This document shows positions 29,077-36,914 of a DNA stretch of 64,000 nucleotides, in pieces. Origin of the DNA: Candidatus Iainarchaeum sp. (lineage in GTDB: Archaea > Iainarchaeota > Iainarchaeia > Iainarchaeales > UBA10191); assembly GCA_030649735.1 (NCBI GenBank), contig JAUSFL010000036.1, positions 96,334 to 160,333 on the forward strand. Direction: 5' to 3'. Made by a program: the position numbers and the translations under genes. The notes beneath the pieces are model-generated. The model was not told the DNA's origin and did no database searches. It saw only the letters and a program-made list of their open reading frames with translations. Position 1 is the first letter of the stretch; each line of letters starts with the position of its first letter.

Positions 29077-29892
29077 ATGCGCGCAAGAAAAGGCTGGCAG
29101 AGAATCATAAGCCCGGACTTAAGAATCAAAAGCATTACTCCCTGGGGCAGTGGAAAGGAAAAGAAAAGCCACACTTTAATGCCTGGAGAGCTTGCGACAG
29201 CAAAATTGCACAGGCAATTCACTCTGCCTGACAGGCAAGGCCAGTCGCCGCTGCCCTTGACTTCAACAAGAAGCATTCTTGCAAGGCTTGGCGTTGAAGT
29301 CCACAATTCCCAAGGCAGGATTCCTGAAACTCTCATGCAGGGAAAAACTCCAAGCGAAGTCATGCTATTGCATCACGGCGAAGTTCCTGTAAAAATGCGC
29401 CGCGGAAACAGGATTACCAGAATGTACTTTCCGCAATTGACAAAGCCTTTAAGGCACGCTGAAATCCAAAAAATGAGAAAGTCCGGAGAACTGGTTTTAG
29501 GAAAAGACTGCAAGGTCCATTCTAACGGGCTTGTGGAAATCCGCGTCATTCCAGTAGTTTATGAAATTCCACCAGATGCAAAAAAGCTCCTTGCGAAAGA
29601 AAACTGGCTTACTGGAAGCAAAAGGAACGCATTCATGCAATTGCTCAAGAGAGTGAAAAAGCCAGTCAGGATTCACTCAAACCACATTATATTGACTGAA
29701 ACTCTTCCAGTAAAATTGCCTAAAGATGTCGCAATGTTTTTTCAAAGGACAACTGACGGAAGCAGCGTCCACATTCAATCGCACTTGATAGACCCTGGAT
29801 TTAAGGGCCCAATTGCAATGGAATTGCTTGGCTTTCATGAAAAAAAATCAAGGCCGGACACAGTGCTCGCATGGCTTTGCAGGGCAGAGTGA
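29077..29892 (+). CDS. Degenerate dCTP deaminase/dUTPase-fold protein, probably two tandem domains
   Basis: STRSILARLGV resembles the RSSLARLG motif; HLIDPGFKGPIAMEL resembles IDPGFxGxITLE. Confidence 0.6.
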   Translation: MRARKGWQRIISPDLRIKSITPWGSGKEKKSHTLMPGELATAKLHRQFTLPDRQGQSPLPLTSTRSILARLGVEVHNSQGRIPETLMQGKTPSEVMLLHHGEVPVKMRRGNRITRMYFPQLTKPLRHAEIQKMRKSGELVLGKDCKVHSNGLVEIRVIPVVYEIPPDAKKLLAKENWLTGSKRNAFMQLLKRVKKPVRIHSNHIILTETLPVKLPKDVAMFFQRTTDGSSVHIQSHLIDPGFKGPIAMELLGFHEKKSRPDTVLAWLCRAE

Positions 29893-29897
29893 AATAA

Positions 29898-31664
29898 ATG
29901 CCAAAAGTTGTTCTTTTTGACTTTTCAGAACAGCCAAGCCTTGGGCTTGCCTCATTGCAGCATTCTCTCCAAGAGAAAGGAATTTCCTGCCTGATTGTGA
30001 ATCTTTATGCAAAAGAAGAGTTTGACTTCAAGGCAAGGGTTGAAAGCGCGCTTAAAGCAATAATGAAAAACCGCGAGGCAATTAAGGAAGCAAAATACCT
30101 TGGGATGCCATTTTTCAGGCAGGATTTTGAAATCCGCGCGCGAATGCCAATAGCAAAAGGCCTGAAAGCCAGGTTTCCTGAAAAGATTTTGATCGGAGGC
30201 GGAGTAGGCCTCATTTCAAACCCGCGCGGATTTTTCAGGAAGGGAATGCTTGACTATGCATTGATTGGAGAGGCAGAGAAAACATTGCCTCAGCTAATTA
30301 TTGCGCTTGAAGAAAGGCGTAGCGCGCAAGAAATTGAAAAAATTCCTGGAATCATAATGAAAAAAGGAAGCAGGATTTTTGTTTCAAAAACTTCAGGCAG
30401 GCTTTCACAAACAGAGCTTGAGAAAATGCCCTTGCTTTCTTCATTACTTGGAAAAAGAGCAATTGTGTTTACCGAGCGGGGCTGTCCTTTCAAATGCATT
30501 TTCTGCTCATGCCCTAATGTTGGCAGTGTAAGGTACATGAGCGAAGACAGGATTATTCAAGGATTAAAGGAACTCGCCCAGAATAAAAAAATCACTTTAG
30601 TCCAATTCCAGAACGACCAATTCCTTGCAAACAGGCAAAGGGCGCTTTCACTGGTCAGGCGGCTTTCAAGCGAAGGATTAAACAAAAGATTCAAGTTTGG
30701 AATGATGACTTCAGTGGACTTATTCTACAGGAAAGGAGTCATTGACGCTGAACTAATTCAAGCATTAAAGAAAGCAAGATTTGGGGAAATCGCGCTGGGA
30801 GTCGAGGCATTCAATGACAACATCCTAAAAGAAATAAAGCATGGAAGATATACTGCAATCCAGGCTTCAAGGCTTATTAAAGAGCTTTCAAGGAATGGAT
30901 TCCACACAGATTTATTGACCATTGCGGCAAGCATTAAAACAAAACCTTCAGAATTCGCCCAATCAATTTACACAATGGCTGCATTGTCCGCAAGGAGAAG
31001 AGCAAGCGTTGTTTCTCCAGGAATGATTCATGCGACTCCAGACATGCCAGTCTTTAAGACTGCCGCAAGGGAAGGAGTGCTTTACGGCCTTAATGGAAAA
31101 AAAGCAAACGAAAGCACTGCAAGAAAGAATTTGAAAAATTATTACGCACTGCCAAAAGATGAACGATTAAGGGAATTATTCATTAGGATTTTGAAAAAGA
31201 AAAGGATTGACGGCTTTATCACAAGCGGAAAAGACCTGGCTGACTTGCGAAAATTTGTTGAAGAGAACGCGCCAGAATATTCAGAAAAATTCAAGAGGCT
31301 TGAAGGATTAATGAGGGCCAATGCGCTTGACCGCAAGGTGAAAGACGTAGTGCTTAAGGCAAGCGTTCGCGGGCTCATGCGGGAAAAGACAGGCGCTGAA
31401 AAGTCAGGCAGCAAAGACGTGGAAAAATTCTACGGAAGCCTTCCACTTGGGAAAAGAAAGGCGCTTATCAGGGGCGCTGTTGATTTTGTTGAGGATTACA
31501 GGAAAGTGCAGGGAAGAATTGCAAGAATTGACGGCAGGAGCGAAAAGCTTTCGCAAGGGCAAGGCCTGAAAAGACTGCGAATGATTCAAAAGGCCAGAAG
31601 CAAGTTCGGCATTTCTCCAATTTCAGGATTTAACGCAATTTGGAGAAGAAGGCTTCCAAAATAA
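29898..31664 (+). CDS. B12-binding radical SAM protein with long basic C-terminal extension
   Basis: PSLGLASL, GEAEKT, ERGCPFKCIFC, LGVE; K/R-rich tail ending WRRRLPK. Confidence 0.8.
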   Translation: MPKVVLFDFSEQPSLGLASLQHSLQEKGISCLIVNLYAKEEFDFKARVESALKAIMKNREAIKEAKYLGMPFFRQDFEIRARMPIAKGLKARFPEKILIGGGVGLISNPRGFFRKGMLDYALIGEAEKTLPQLIIALEERRSAQEIEKIPGIIMKKGSRIFVSKTSGRLSQTELEKMPLLSSLLGKRAIVFTERGCPFKCIFCSCPNVGSVRYMSEDRIIQGLKELAQNKKITLVQFQNDQFLANRQRALSLVRRLSSEGLNKRFKFGMMTSVDLFYRKGVIDAELIQALKKARFGEIALGVEAFNDNILKEIKHGRYTAIQASRLIKELSRNGFHTDLLTIAASIKTKPSEFAQSIYTMAALSARRRASVVSPGMIHATPDMPVFKTAAREGVLYGLNGKKANESTARKNLKNYYALPKDERLRELFIRILKKKRIDGFITSGKDLADLRKFVEENAPEYSEKFKRLEGLMRANALDRKVKDVVLKASVRGLMREKTGAEKSGSKDVEKFYGSLPLGKRKALIRGAVDFVEDYRKVQGRIARIDGRSEKLSQGQGLKRLRMIQKARSKFGISPISGFNAIWRRRLPK

Positions 31665-31670
31665 GAAATT

Positions 31671-32258
31671 CTAGAATCTTCTATTGAATCCAAACTCATG
31701 CTCTGGCGGAGTTGGAGGCCTGGCGAACAAGAAATGTTTTGGATCATCGCCGCGCAGTTCTTCAATGATTCTCTTGATTATTGTTTTCAAGGCGTCAGGC
31801 ATTAAAGGAACGCGCGTTTCAATCTCTTTCAAGTTCTCGAACTGCTTTTTTTGCCTTTCTGCAAGAATGTCCATCATGTGCTTTTTTCCCAAGCCGGGCA
31901 AGAGCTCTAGCTGGTGCCTCTTAATGGTGATAGAGCCCGCAGTGTTAAAGAATTTCACAAACCTTGGCTCGTCTTCCAAAACTACTTTTTCAATTGCCTT
32001 TTCCAATTCAGCAACAGCAGTGGACGTAAGCTCGTTGAAAGTAAGGCGCTTTTTGATTTGAAGGATTTTGTCGCGCTTGTCCCTGCCGACATAAACTTTT
32101 TCCAAAGTCAAAAGCTCGTCTTTTGGGACAACTTCCAATAGAGTGAAGAATGCAATTCCCAAAACCTGGGCTACTGGCTCTGGCCTGAAAGAAGCGCTCC
32201 GGCCTTTAGCCAAATAATCCAATACAATCGCGTACTCTTCATTAGGCATTCCGACCAC
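31671..32258 (-). CDS. DUF655 putative RNA-binding protein
   Basis: EEYAIVLDYL, FTLLEV, HQLELLPGLGKK; synteny with rpoF and rpl21e. Confidence 0.92.
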   Translation of the reverse strand: MVGMPNEEYAIVLDYLAKGRSASFRPEPVAQVLGIAFFTLLEVVPKDELLTLEKVYVGRDKRDKILQIKKRLTFNELTSTAVAELEKAIEKVVLEDEPRFVKFFNTAGSITIKRHQLELLPGLGKKHMMDILAERQKKQFENLKEIETRVPLMPDALKTIIKRIIEELRGDDPKHFLFARPPTPPEHEFGFNRRF

Positions 32259-32284
32259 TCTCTCATTGAAAACCCATCTGCTAA

Positions 32285-32617
32285 TTATTGCGCGTTTTTA
32301 ACTGCTTTCAAAATGTTCTGCAAATCATCGTCCTTGATTTTGCTTCCTTTCTGGACAATCAATCTCAAGACATCCATGTTTTGCGGCAAAATGTCAATTA
32401 TTTTCACTGCCAATTCATCATTCATTCCTTCAATTTGCCTTAATTCTTCCAAAAGCTTTGCTGCCTTTGTTTTAGCGATCTTCGCGTATTTTTTAACGTA
32501 ATCATTGGTCAAGTTTTGCTCGTAAGTCAATTCGCCCTGCTCAGAGCGCTCTTTCAAGTAATCCTTCACGTCAACCAATGGAATTGGTTTAGTGGCCAAA
32601 AGTTTTTTTCCAATCAT
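32285..32617 (-). CDS. rpoF: RNA polymerase subunit F (Rpo4)
   Basis: ELTYEQ, AVKIIDILP; synteny. Confidence 0.93.
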   Translation of the reverse strand: MIGKKLLATKPIPLVDVKDYLKERSEQGELTYEQNLTNDYVKKYAKIAKTKAAKLLEELRQIEGMNDELAVKIIDILPQNMDVLRLIVQKGSKIKDDDLQNILKAVKNAQ

Positions 32618-32632
32618 TCAAATCCACACCCT

Positions 32633-32935
32633 TTAAGCTGCCTTTCCAACCTGCAAAGTCTTCAAATGCGCCGCAGTCACAATCAAGGTTCTCGGGGCAT
32701 TTCCTTCCCTTAATGCTACCTTGAATGCCTTGCCTTGCTTTCCAATGACTTTTCCGGAAATTCCCTGGTACCGCCTGAATGGAATTCCTGAATGATGGCT
32801 GGAATTAATGTTAATTTGCACTGTAGTCCCTTCGGGAAACTCTTTCAAAAGCCTGCTTACTGAAAGCTTGCTTCCCTTTCTCTTGAATTTATCCCTGGTT
32901 TTTGCCCTGATTCCCTTTGCTTTCTTGTTTGTCAA
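32633..32935 (-). CDS. rpl21e: 50S ribosomal protein L21e
   Basis: KGIRAKTR, HSGIPFRRYQG, AAHLK. Confidence 0.95.
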   Translation of the reverse strand: MTNKKAKGIRAKTRDKFKRKGSKLSVSRLLKEFPEGTTVQININSSHHSGIPFRRYQGISGKVIGKQGKAFKVALREGNAPRTLIVTAAHLKTLQVGKAA

Positions 32936-33083
32936 AAAAACTCACCACTCTTCATTTAAAGTTTATAAATACCACTATTCAAGACTAACGAATAGAATAC
33001 AATAAAGTTCAAGCAAAAGCCTTTTTAAAGAAAGCGTCAATTAAAGAAAAAACAGAAAAAAAGGAAAAAGAAGAAGAGCGATT

Positions 33084-33587
33084 TCAAGCGCTCTTCAAAA
33101 TTAAAAGGCAGACTGTTTGTGCAGTGTTTTCAGGAAGTGTATTACCATTGCCGCATTGCATGTCGCCAGCTTGAATCTGCAGATCTTGCAAGTCATTCAT
33201 TAAGCTTTGGCTATCATCACAGATTACGCCAATGCTTGCCCTTTGCGGTCCAGAGCCAGTATAGATTAGCATTACACCACCACCTGAACTAGGACTAGGA
33301 AAATGAAAGTTGGAGTTTCCTGCAAAATCGCCAGTGCCAATGCAGATTTGCTCTGAAGCAAGTTGCTTAGAATTGGCTGAAATTACTTTTGAACTTAAAT
33401 TGCTGTTTTGTGAATCAAAAACAACAACTTGGCTTTGAACATATTCTGAAGGCTGGTCTACTTGGTTTTTTATCATGTCTGAAGCCACATCATTTGGGGA
33501 AGTTTGCGGGAATGTTGGAGAACCAATGCACCCAAACAATAAGACTGAAAATAATGCTAAAATCGTTAGAATTGCTAATTTCTTCAA
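33084..33587 (-). CDS. Lipoprotein of unknown function, Cys-containing
   Basis: TTG start after GAGGTG; lipobox LLFGC. Confidence 0.7.
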   Translation of the reverse strand: MKKLAILTILALFSVLLFGCIGSPTFPQTSPNDVASDMIKNQVDQPSEYVQSQVVVFDSQNSNLSSKVISANSKQLASEQICIGTGDFAGNSNFHFPSPSSGGGVMLIYTGSGPQRASIGVICDDSQSLMNDLQDLQIQAGDMQCGNGNTLPENTAQTVCLLILKSA

Positions 33588-33779
33588 TAAACCACCTCAA
33601 AGGATTAGAGATTAAGCCAAAGGTAGTATTTATTGGTTTTTACAATAAAACCTCCCAAAGCCTCAAAGTCACTTTATCCAGGGAATGAGATGTTTGTTTA
33701 TAAAGGTTTGTTCCCAGTATTTTAATAGGTTTTTAAAGGCCTTTTATTTAAAGGGCTTTTGAATGGGGAGTGGGTTTTA

Positions 33780-34529
33780 ATGGATTATCAAATTGTGAAT
33801 CTTGTTGCGTCGGCAAACTTGAATGCTACTTTGGACTTGTACAATTTGGCTGTTTCAGTGCCTAACATTGAGTACGAGCCAGAACAATTTCCCGGAGCAA
33901 TCCTGAAATTGAAAGAGCCGAAAGTCAGCATGCTCTTGTTCAAGAATGGAAAAGTAATCTGCTCTGGAGCAAGCAGCGAAGAGCAAATCGAGCAAGGCAT
34001 AAGGAAAGCAAGCAAATTAATCCATGAAATCCAGCCAAGCGTTAAAGTATTGGACAAGGTCACTTACACTGTTGTAAACCTTGTTGCCACTGGAAACTTG
34101 CATCAAACCCTTGACCTTTTCAAAACCGCAATGACTCTTGATAATGTAGAGTACGAGCCAGAGCAATTTCCTGGAGCAATTTTGCGCATTACAGACCCTA
34201 AAATTACCTTGCTGCTTTTCAAGAATGGAAAAGTAATTTGCGCGGGCGCCAAGAAAGAAGAAGATTTGAGGAGGGGCCTGGAAAAAGCGCAGAAAATGGT
34301 GAAAGGAATCAAAGGAAACACTTCAAAAACCTTTGATGACGAGGAAGACATTGAGGACGAAAAGCCAAAAGCCCCAAAGAAAATTGCAATGCCCGCAAAG
34401 GCAGAAAAGCCAGTGGAAGTCAAGGCAGCCCAAAAAACAGTGGTTAAAGCAAAGCCTGCAAAAGCCAAGGCAAAGCCAGCGGCAAAAAAGGCCTTAAAGC
34501 CTAAAGCAAAGGGAAAAAAGAAAAAGTAA
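33780..34529 (+). CDS. tbp: TATA-binding protein with acidic plus Lys/Ala/Pro-rich C-terminal tail
   Basis: Two YEPEQFPGA...LLFKNGKVIC repeats; ATG at 33780. Confidence 0.96.
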   Translation: MDYQIVNLVASANLNATLDLYNLAVSVPNIEYEPEQFPGAILKLKEPKVSMLLFKNGKVICSGASSEEQIEQGIRKASKLIHEIQPSVKVLDKVTYTVVNLVATGNLHQTLDLFKTAMTLDNVEYEPEQFPGAILRITDPKITLLLFKNGKVICAGAKKEEDLRRGLEKAQKMVKGIKGNTSKTFDDEEDIEDEKPKAPKKIAMPAKAEKPVEVKAAQKTVVKAKPAKAKAKPAAKKALKPKAKGKKKK

Positions 34530-34537
34530 ACGCTGGC

Positions 34538-34545
34538 TTTATAAA
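34538..34545 (+). promoter_or_regulatory. TATA box for 5S rRNA
   Basis: TTTATAAA about 24 nt upstream of the 5S start. Confidence 0.6.
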
Positions 34546-34568
34546 AGTTTTTTAACAATAATTAGTTT

Positions 34569-34686
34569 GATTGGCGGTCATGCCGCAAGGGCAACACCCG
34601 GACTCTTCCCGAACCCGGAAGTGAAGACTTGCAGGGTATAGGATAGCACTGCACTTATGTGTGGAGCTTCTTGGACGCTGCCAATC
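34569..34686 (+). rRNA. rrf: 5S rRNA (unlinked)
   Basis: 118 nt; terminal helix GATTGGCGG/CTGCCAATC; ACACCCGGACTC.TCCCGAACCCGGAAGTGAAG core. Confidence 0.92.
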
Positions 34687-34786
34687 ACTTTTGATATTTT
34701 ACATATTTTCTAATGCCTGCAATTGGCACTCTGCCCAAAAGCATGTTTTTATACTACCTCAAGTCTATTTTCAGTAAGGTAAGAAC

Positions 34787-35302
34787 TTGGTTGATAAAGA
34801 AAACAGTCCGCCTACAATAAGGCAGTATCCTCTTGAAAGAAGGAAGATATTGAAAAGGTACTTGGCAAGCGAGTTAGGCAAGCTAGTTTTGTGGGCTGTA
34901 ATTTCAGTCGTTTTATTGCTTATTTCTTTTTCTCCACAGCTTTCTGGCAGTGCTTTTTTGATTTGGGGATTTATAACCGGTTTGTTTGTCGTATACTCGA
35001 TAGTCAACTGGTGGTACCAGAACAAATATTTTGAAAGTTACTATTATGACATAAGAAAGAATTTTTTAGTCATAAAAAAAGGCGTTTTCATGCCTAGGGA
35101 AACCACTTTGCCTTTTGACAAGCTTCAGGACGTTTACATGGACCAGGATTTCTTGGACAGATTATTTAACTTATGGGACTTGCACGTGTCAACCGCAACA
35201 ATATCATCAGGCTTCAACGCCCACATTGACGGAGTGAGCAAAGAAAACGCAGAATTAATGAGAGAAATGCTTTTGTCAATGATTAAAAAAGAGCAAAAGT
35301 AG
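34787..35302 (+). CDS. YdbS-like membrane protein with bacterial PH (bPH_2) domain
   Basis: 2 TM, then IKKGVF...LPFDKLQDVYMDQDFLDRLFNL. Confidence 0.8.
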   Translation: MVDKENSPPTIRQYPLERRKILKRYLASELGKLVLWAVISVVLLLISFSPQLSGSAFLIWGFITGLFVVYSIVNWWYQNKYFESYYYDIRKNFLVIKKGVFMPRETTLPFDKLQDVYMDQDFLDRLFNLWDLHVSTATISSGFNAHIDGVSKENAELMREMLLSMIKKEQK

Positions 35303-35329
35303 GTTTGCCGGCAATTAAAAGGAGAATTT

Positions 35330-36811
35330 TTGGTGGCTTTAGAAAAAAGAGTTTTTCAACCAAGCCTTTTGAGAGTCTGGGTTAATTCTGCAGTTGCGGC
35401 TGTTTTCCTTCTTTTCTTTATGGGTTTCCTTTTGATTCACCCAGTAGGCTTGCTCATTTACTTGACTATTGTCTTATTAGTTGCTGTCGTGAGCTACCTT
35501 GGCATTAAGCAAACATTTGTCGAGCTTAAAGAAAATGGCATTCAAATCAAAAGGGGAATAATACAAAAATCACAGTCGCTTTTTCTTTTTTCAGAAATGC
35601 AAGACGTTAATGAAAACCAAAGCTTTTTGGATGTCATTTTAGGGCTTAAATCACTAAGCATTAAAACAATGACTTATTCTTCAGCAGTCCTGGGGATAAT
35701 AGCTGGCTTGCGCGCTGAAGATGCCCAAGCAATAAGAGATTATGCTTTGGAGAACATAGAACGCGCATCCGTGAGTAAAGCAAAATCAAAAAGCCTTAAA
35801 GAAGACAAGGCAACAGTCATGATGCCTGAAAATGAAAAGGAGCTGGTGCAAAATCCATGGCCACTTCACTTCTTTAAACCAGTTGCAATTTATTTTGGCT
35901 TTACAATTATAATTTCAATTTTACTGGCAGTTTTATGGCTGGCTTTTCCCCAATCTTCAGTGTTTTGGTTGATTATTATCATGGTTTGGGCTGGCCTTGC
36001 ATTTGCAGTCATTAGAGTTGGGATACAGTCAATATCCTACAATTATTTCATGGGTAAAACTCGCTTGAGCATAGTTCAAGGAATAATCTCTTTCAGGCGT
36101 CAAAGTATTCCATTCAGCAAAGTGCAGGATATTATCATAAGGCAGAGCTTTTTCAACAAAATAATTGGCTTAAGCAGTGTTTTTGTTGATACTGGCGAAG
36201 CAATGGTTTTCGACAATTCAAGCGAGAGAAACTCGTTTCTTGGAAATATGGTTCCTTTCATTTCTTTGGAGAATGCAATTGAATTCAGGAAGAGAATATT
36301 TGATTATTTGCGCATTGGATTGATTGAAAAACCAGTCCCGCTCAGCAAGAGCATTCCTTTGGAGAAAAAGAAAATAATGAAAGAATCATTAAGGGCAATT
36401 ATCGGGCTTGGCATTCTTTTCTTGATTGCAATAGGACTCTGCGCCACGCTGCAAAGCTTGCAACAATATCTTCAATTGGTTACGGCTATAGCCTTGGCTG
36501 GAATGGCAATTATAATACCTTTAACCATAATTTTCAATTATTTCTACTGGAAGAGCTATTACTACAACTTTTCTTCTGATGCTATCATTATTCGCAAGGG
36601 AGTTTTTGGCGTGAACGAGATTGTTCTTCCTTTTGAGAGAATACAAAATGTCTTTGTTGACCAGGATTTCATAGACTGTGCATTAGGGTTGTATGATGTG
36701 CACTTTTCAACTGTCGCATGGCAGTCTTCATTTCTTTGCCACATAGACGGGCTCAACAAGGAAAATGCCGAGAAAATAAGGGACTTAATCAAAAACAGCA
36801 TTGCTAACTGA
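35330..36811 (+). CDS. YdbT-like membrane protein with three TM-pair/bPH_2 repeats
   Basis: Three repeats of I.xG....(I/L)PF..(V/I)Q.V...Q.F. Confidence 0.8.
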   Translation: MVALEKRVFQPSLLRVWVNSAVAAVFLLFFMGFLLIHPVGLLIYLTIVLLVAVVSYLGIKQTFVELKENGIQIKRGIIQKSQSLFLFSEMQDVNENQSFLDVILGLKSLSIKTMTYSSAVLGIIAGLRAEDAQAIRDYALENIERASVSKAKSKSLKEDKATVMMPENEKELVQNPWPLHFFKPVAIYFGFTIIISILLAVLWLAFPQSSVFWLIIIMVWAGLAFAVIRVGIQSISYNYFMGKTRLSIVQGIISFRRQSIPFSKVQDIIIRQSFFNKIIGLSSVFVDTGEAMVFDNSSERNSFLGNMVPFISLENAIEFRKRIFDYLRIGLIEKPVPLSKSIPLEKKKIMKESLRAIIGLGILFLIAIGLCATLQSLQQYLQLVTAIALAGMAIIIPLTIIFNYFYWKSYYYNFSSDAIIIRKGVFGVNEIVLPFERIQNVFVDQDFIDCALGLYDVHFSTVAWQSSFLCHIDGLNKENAEKIRDLIKNSIAN

Positions 36812-36914
36812 CTCCAAAAACCGCCTTTGAACCAAAGGGCAGCTTTACAAAAGGTGTTTCTATTTAAACTTTAACCTGAATTAATTATAGAATAACACTT
36901 CTTGGTTTTAGCAA

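Noticed and set aside
33870-34245. Nucleotide-level direct repeats (GAGTACGAGCCAGA...; TTCAAGAATGGAAAAGTAAT)
   Set aside because: These are the two structural repeats of TBP, not a mobile element or CRISPR feature
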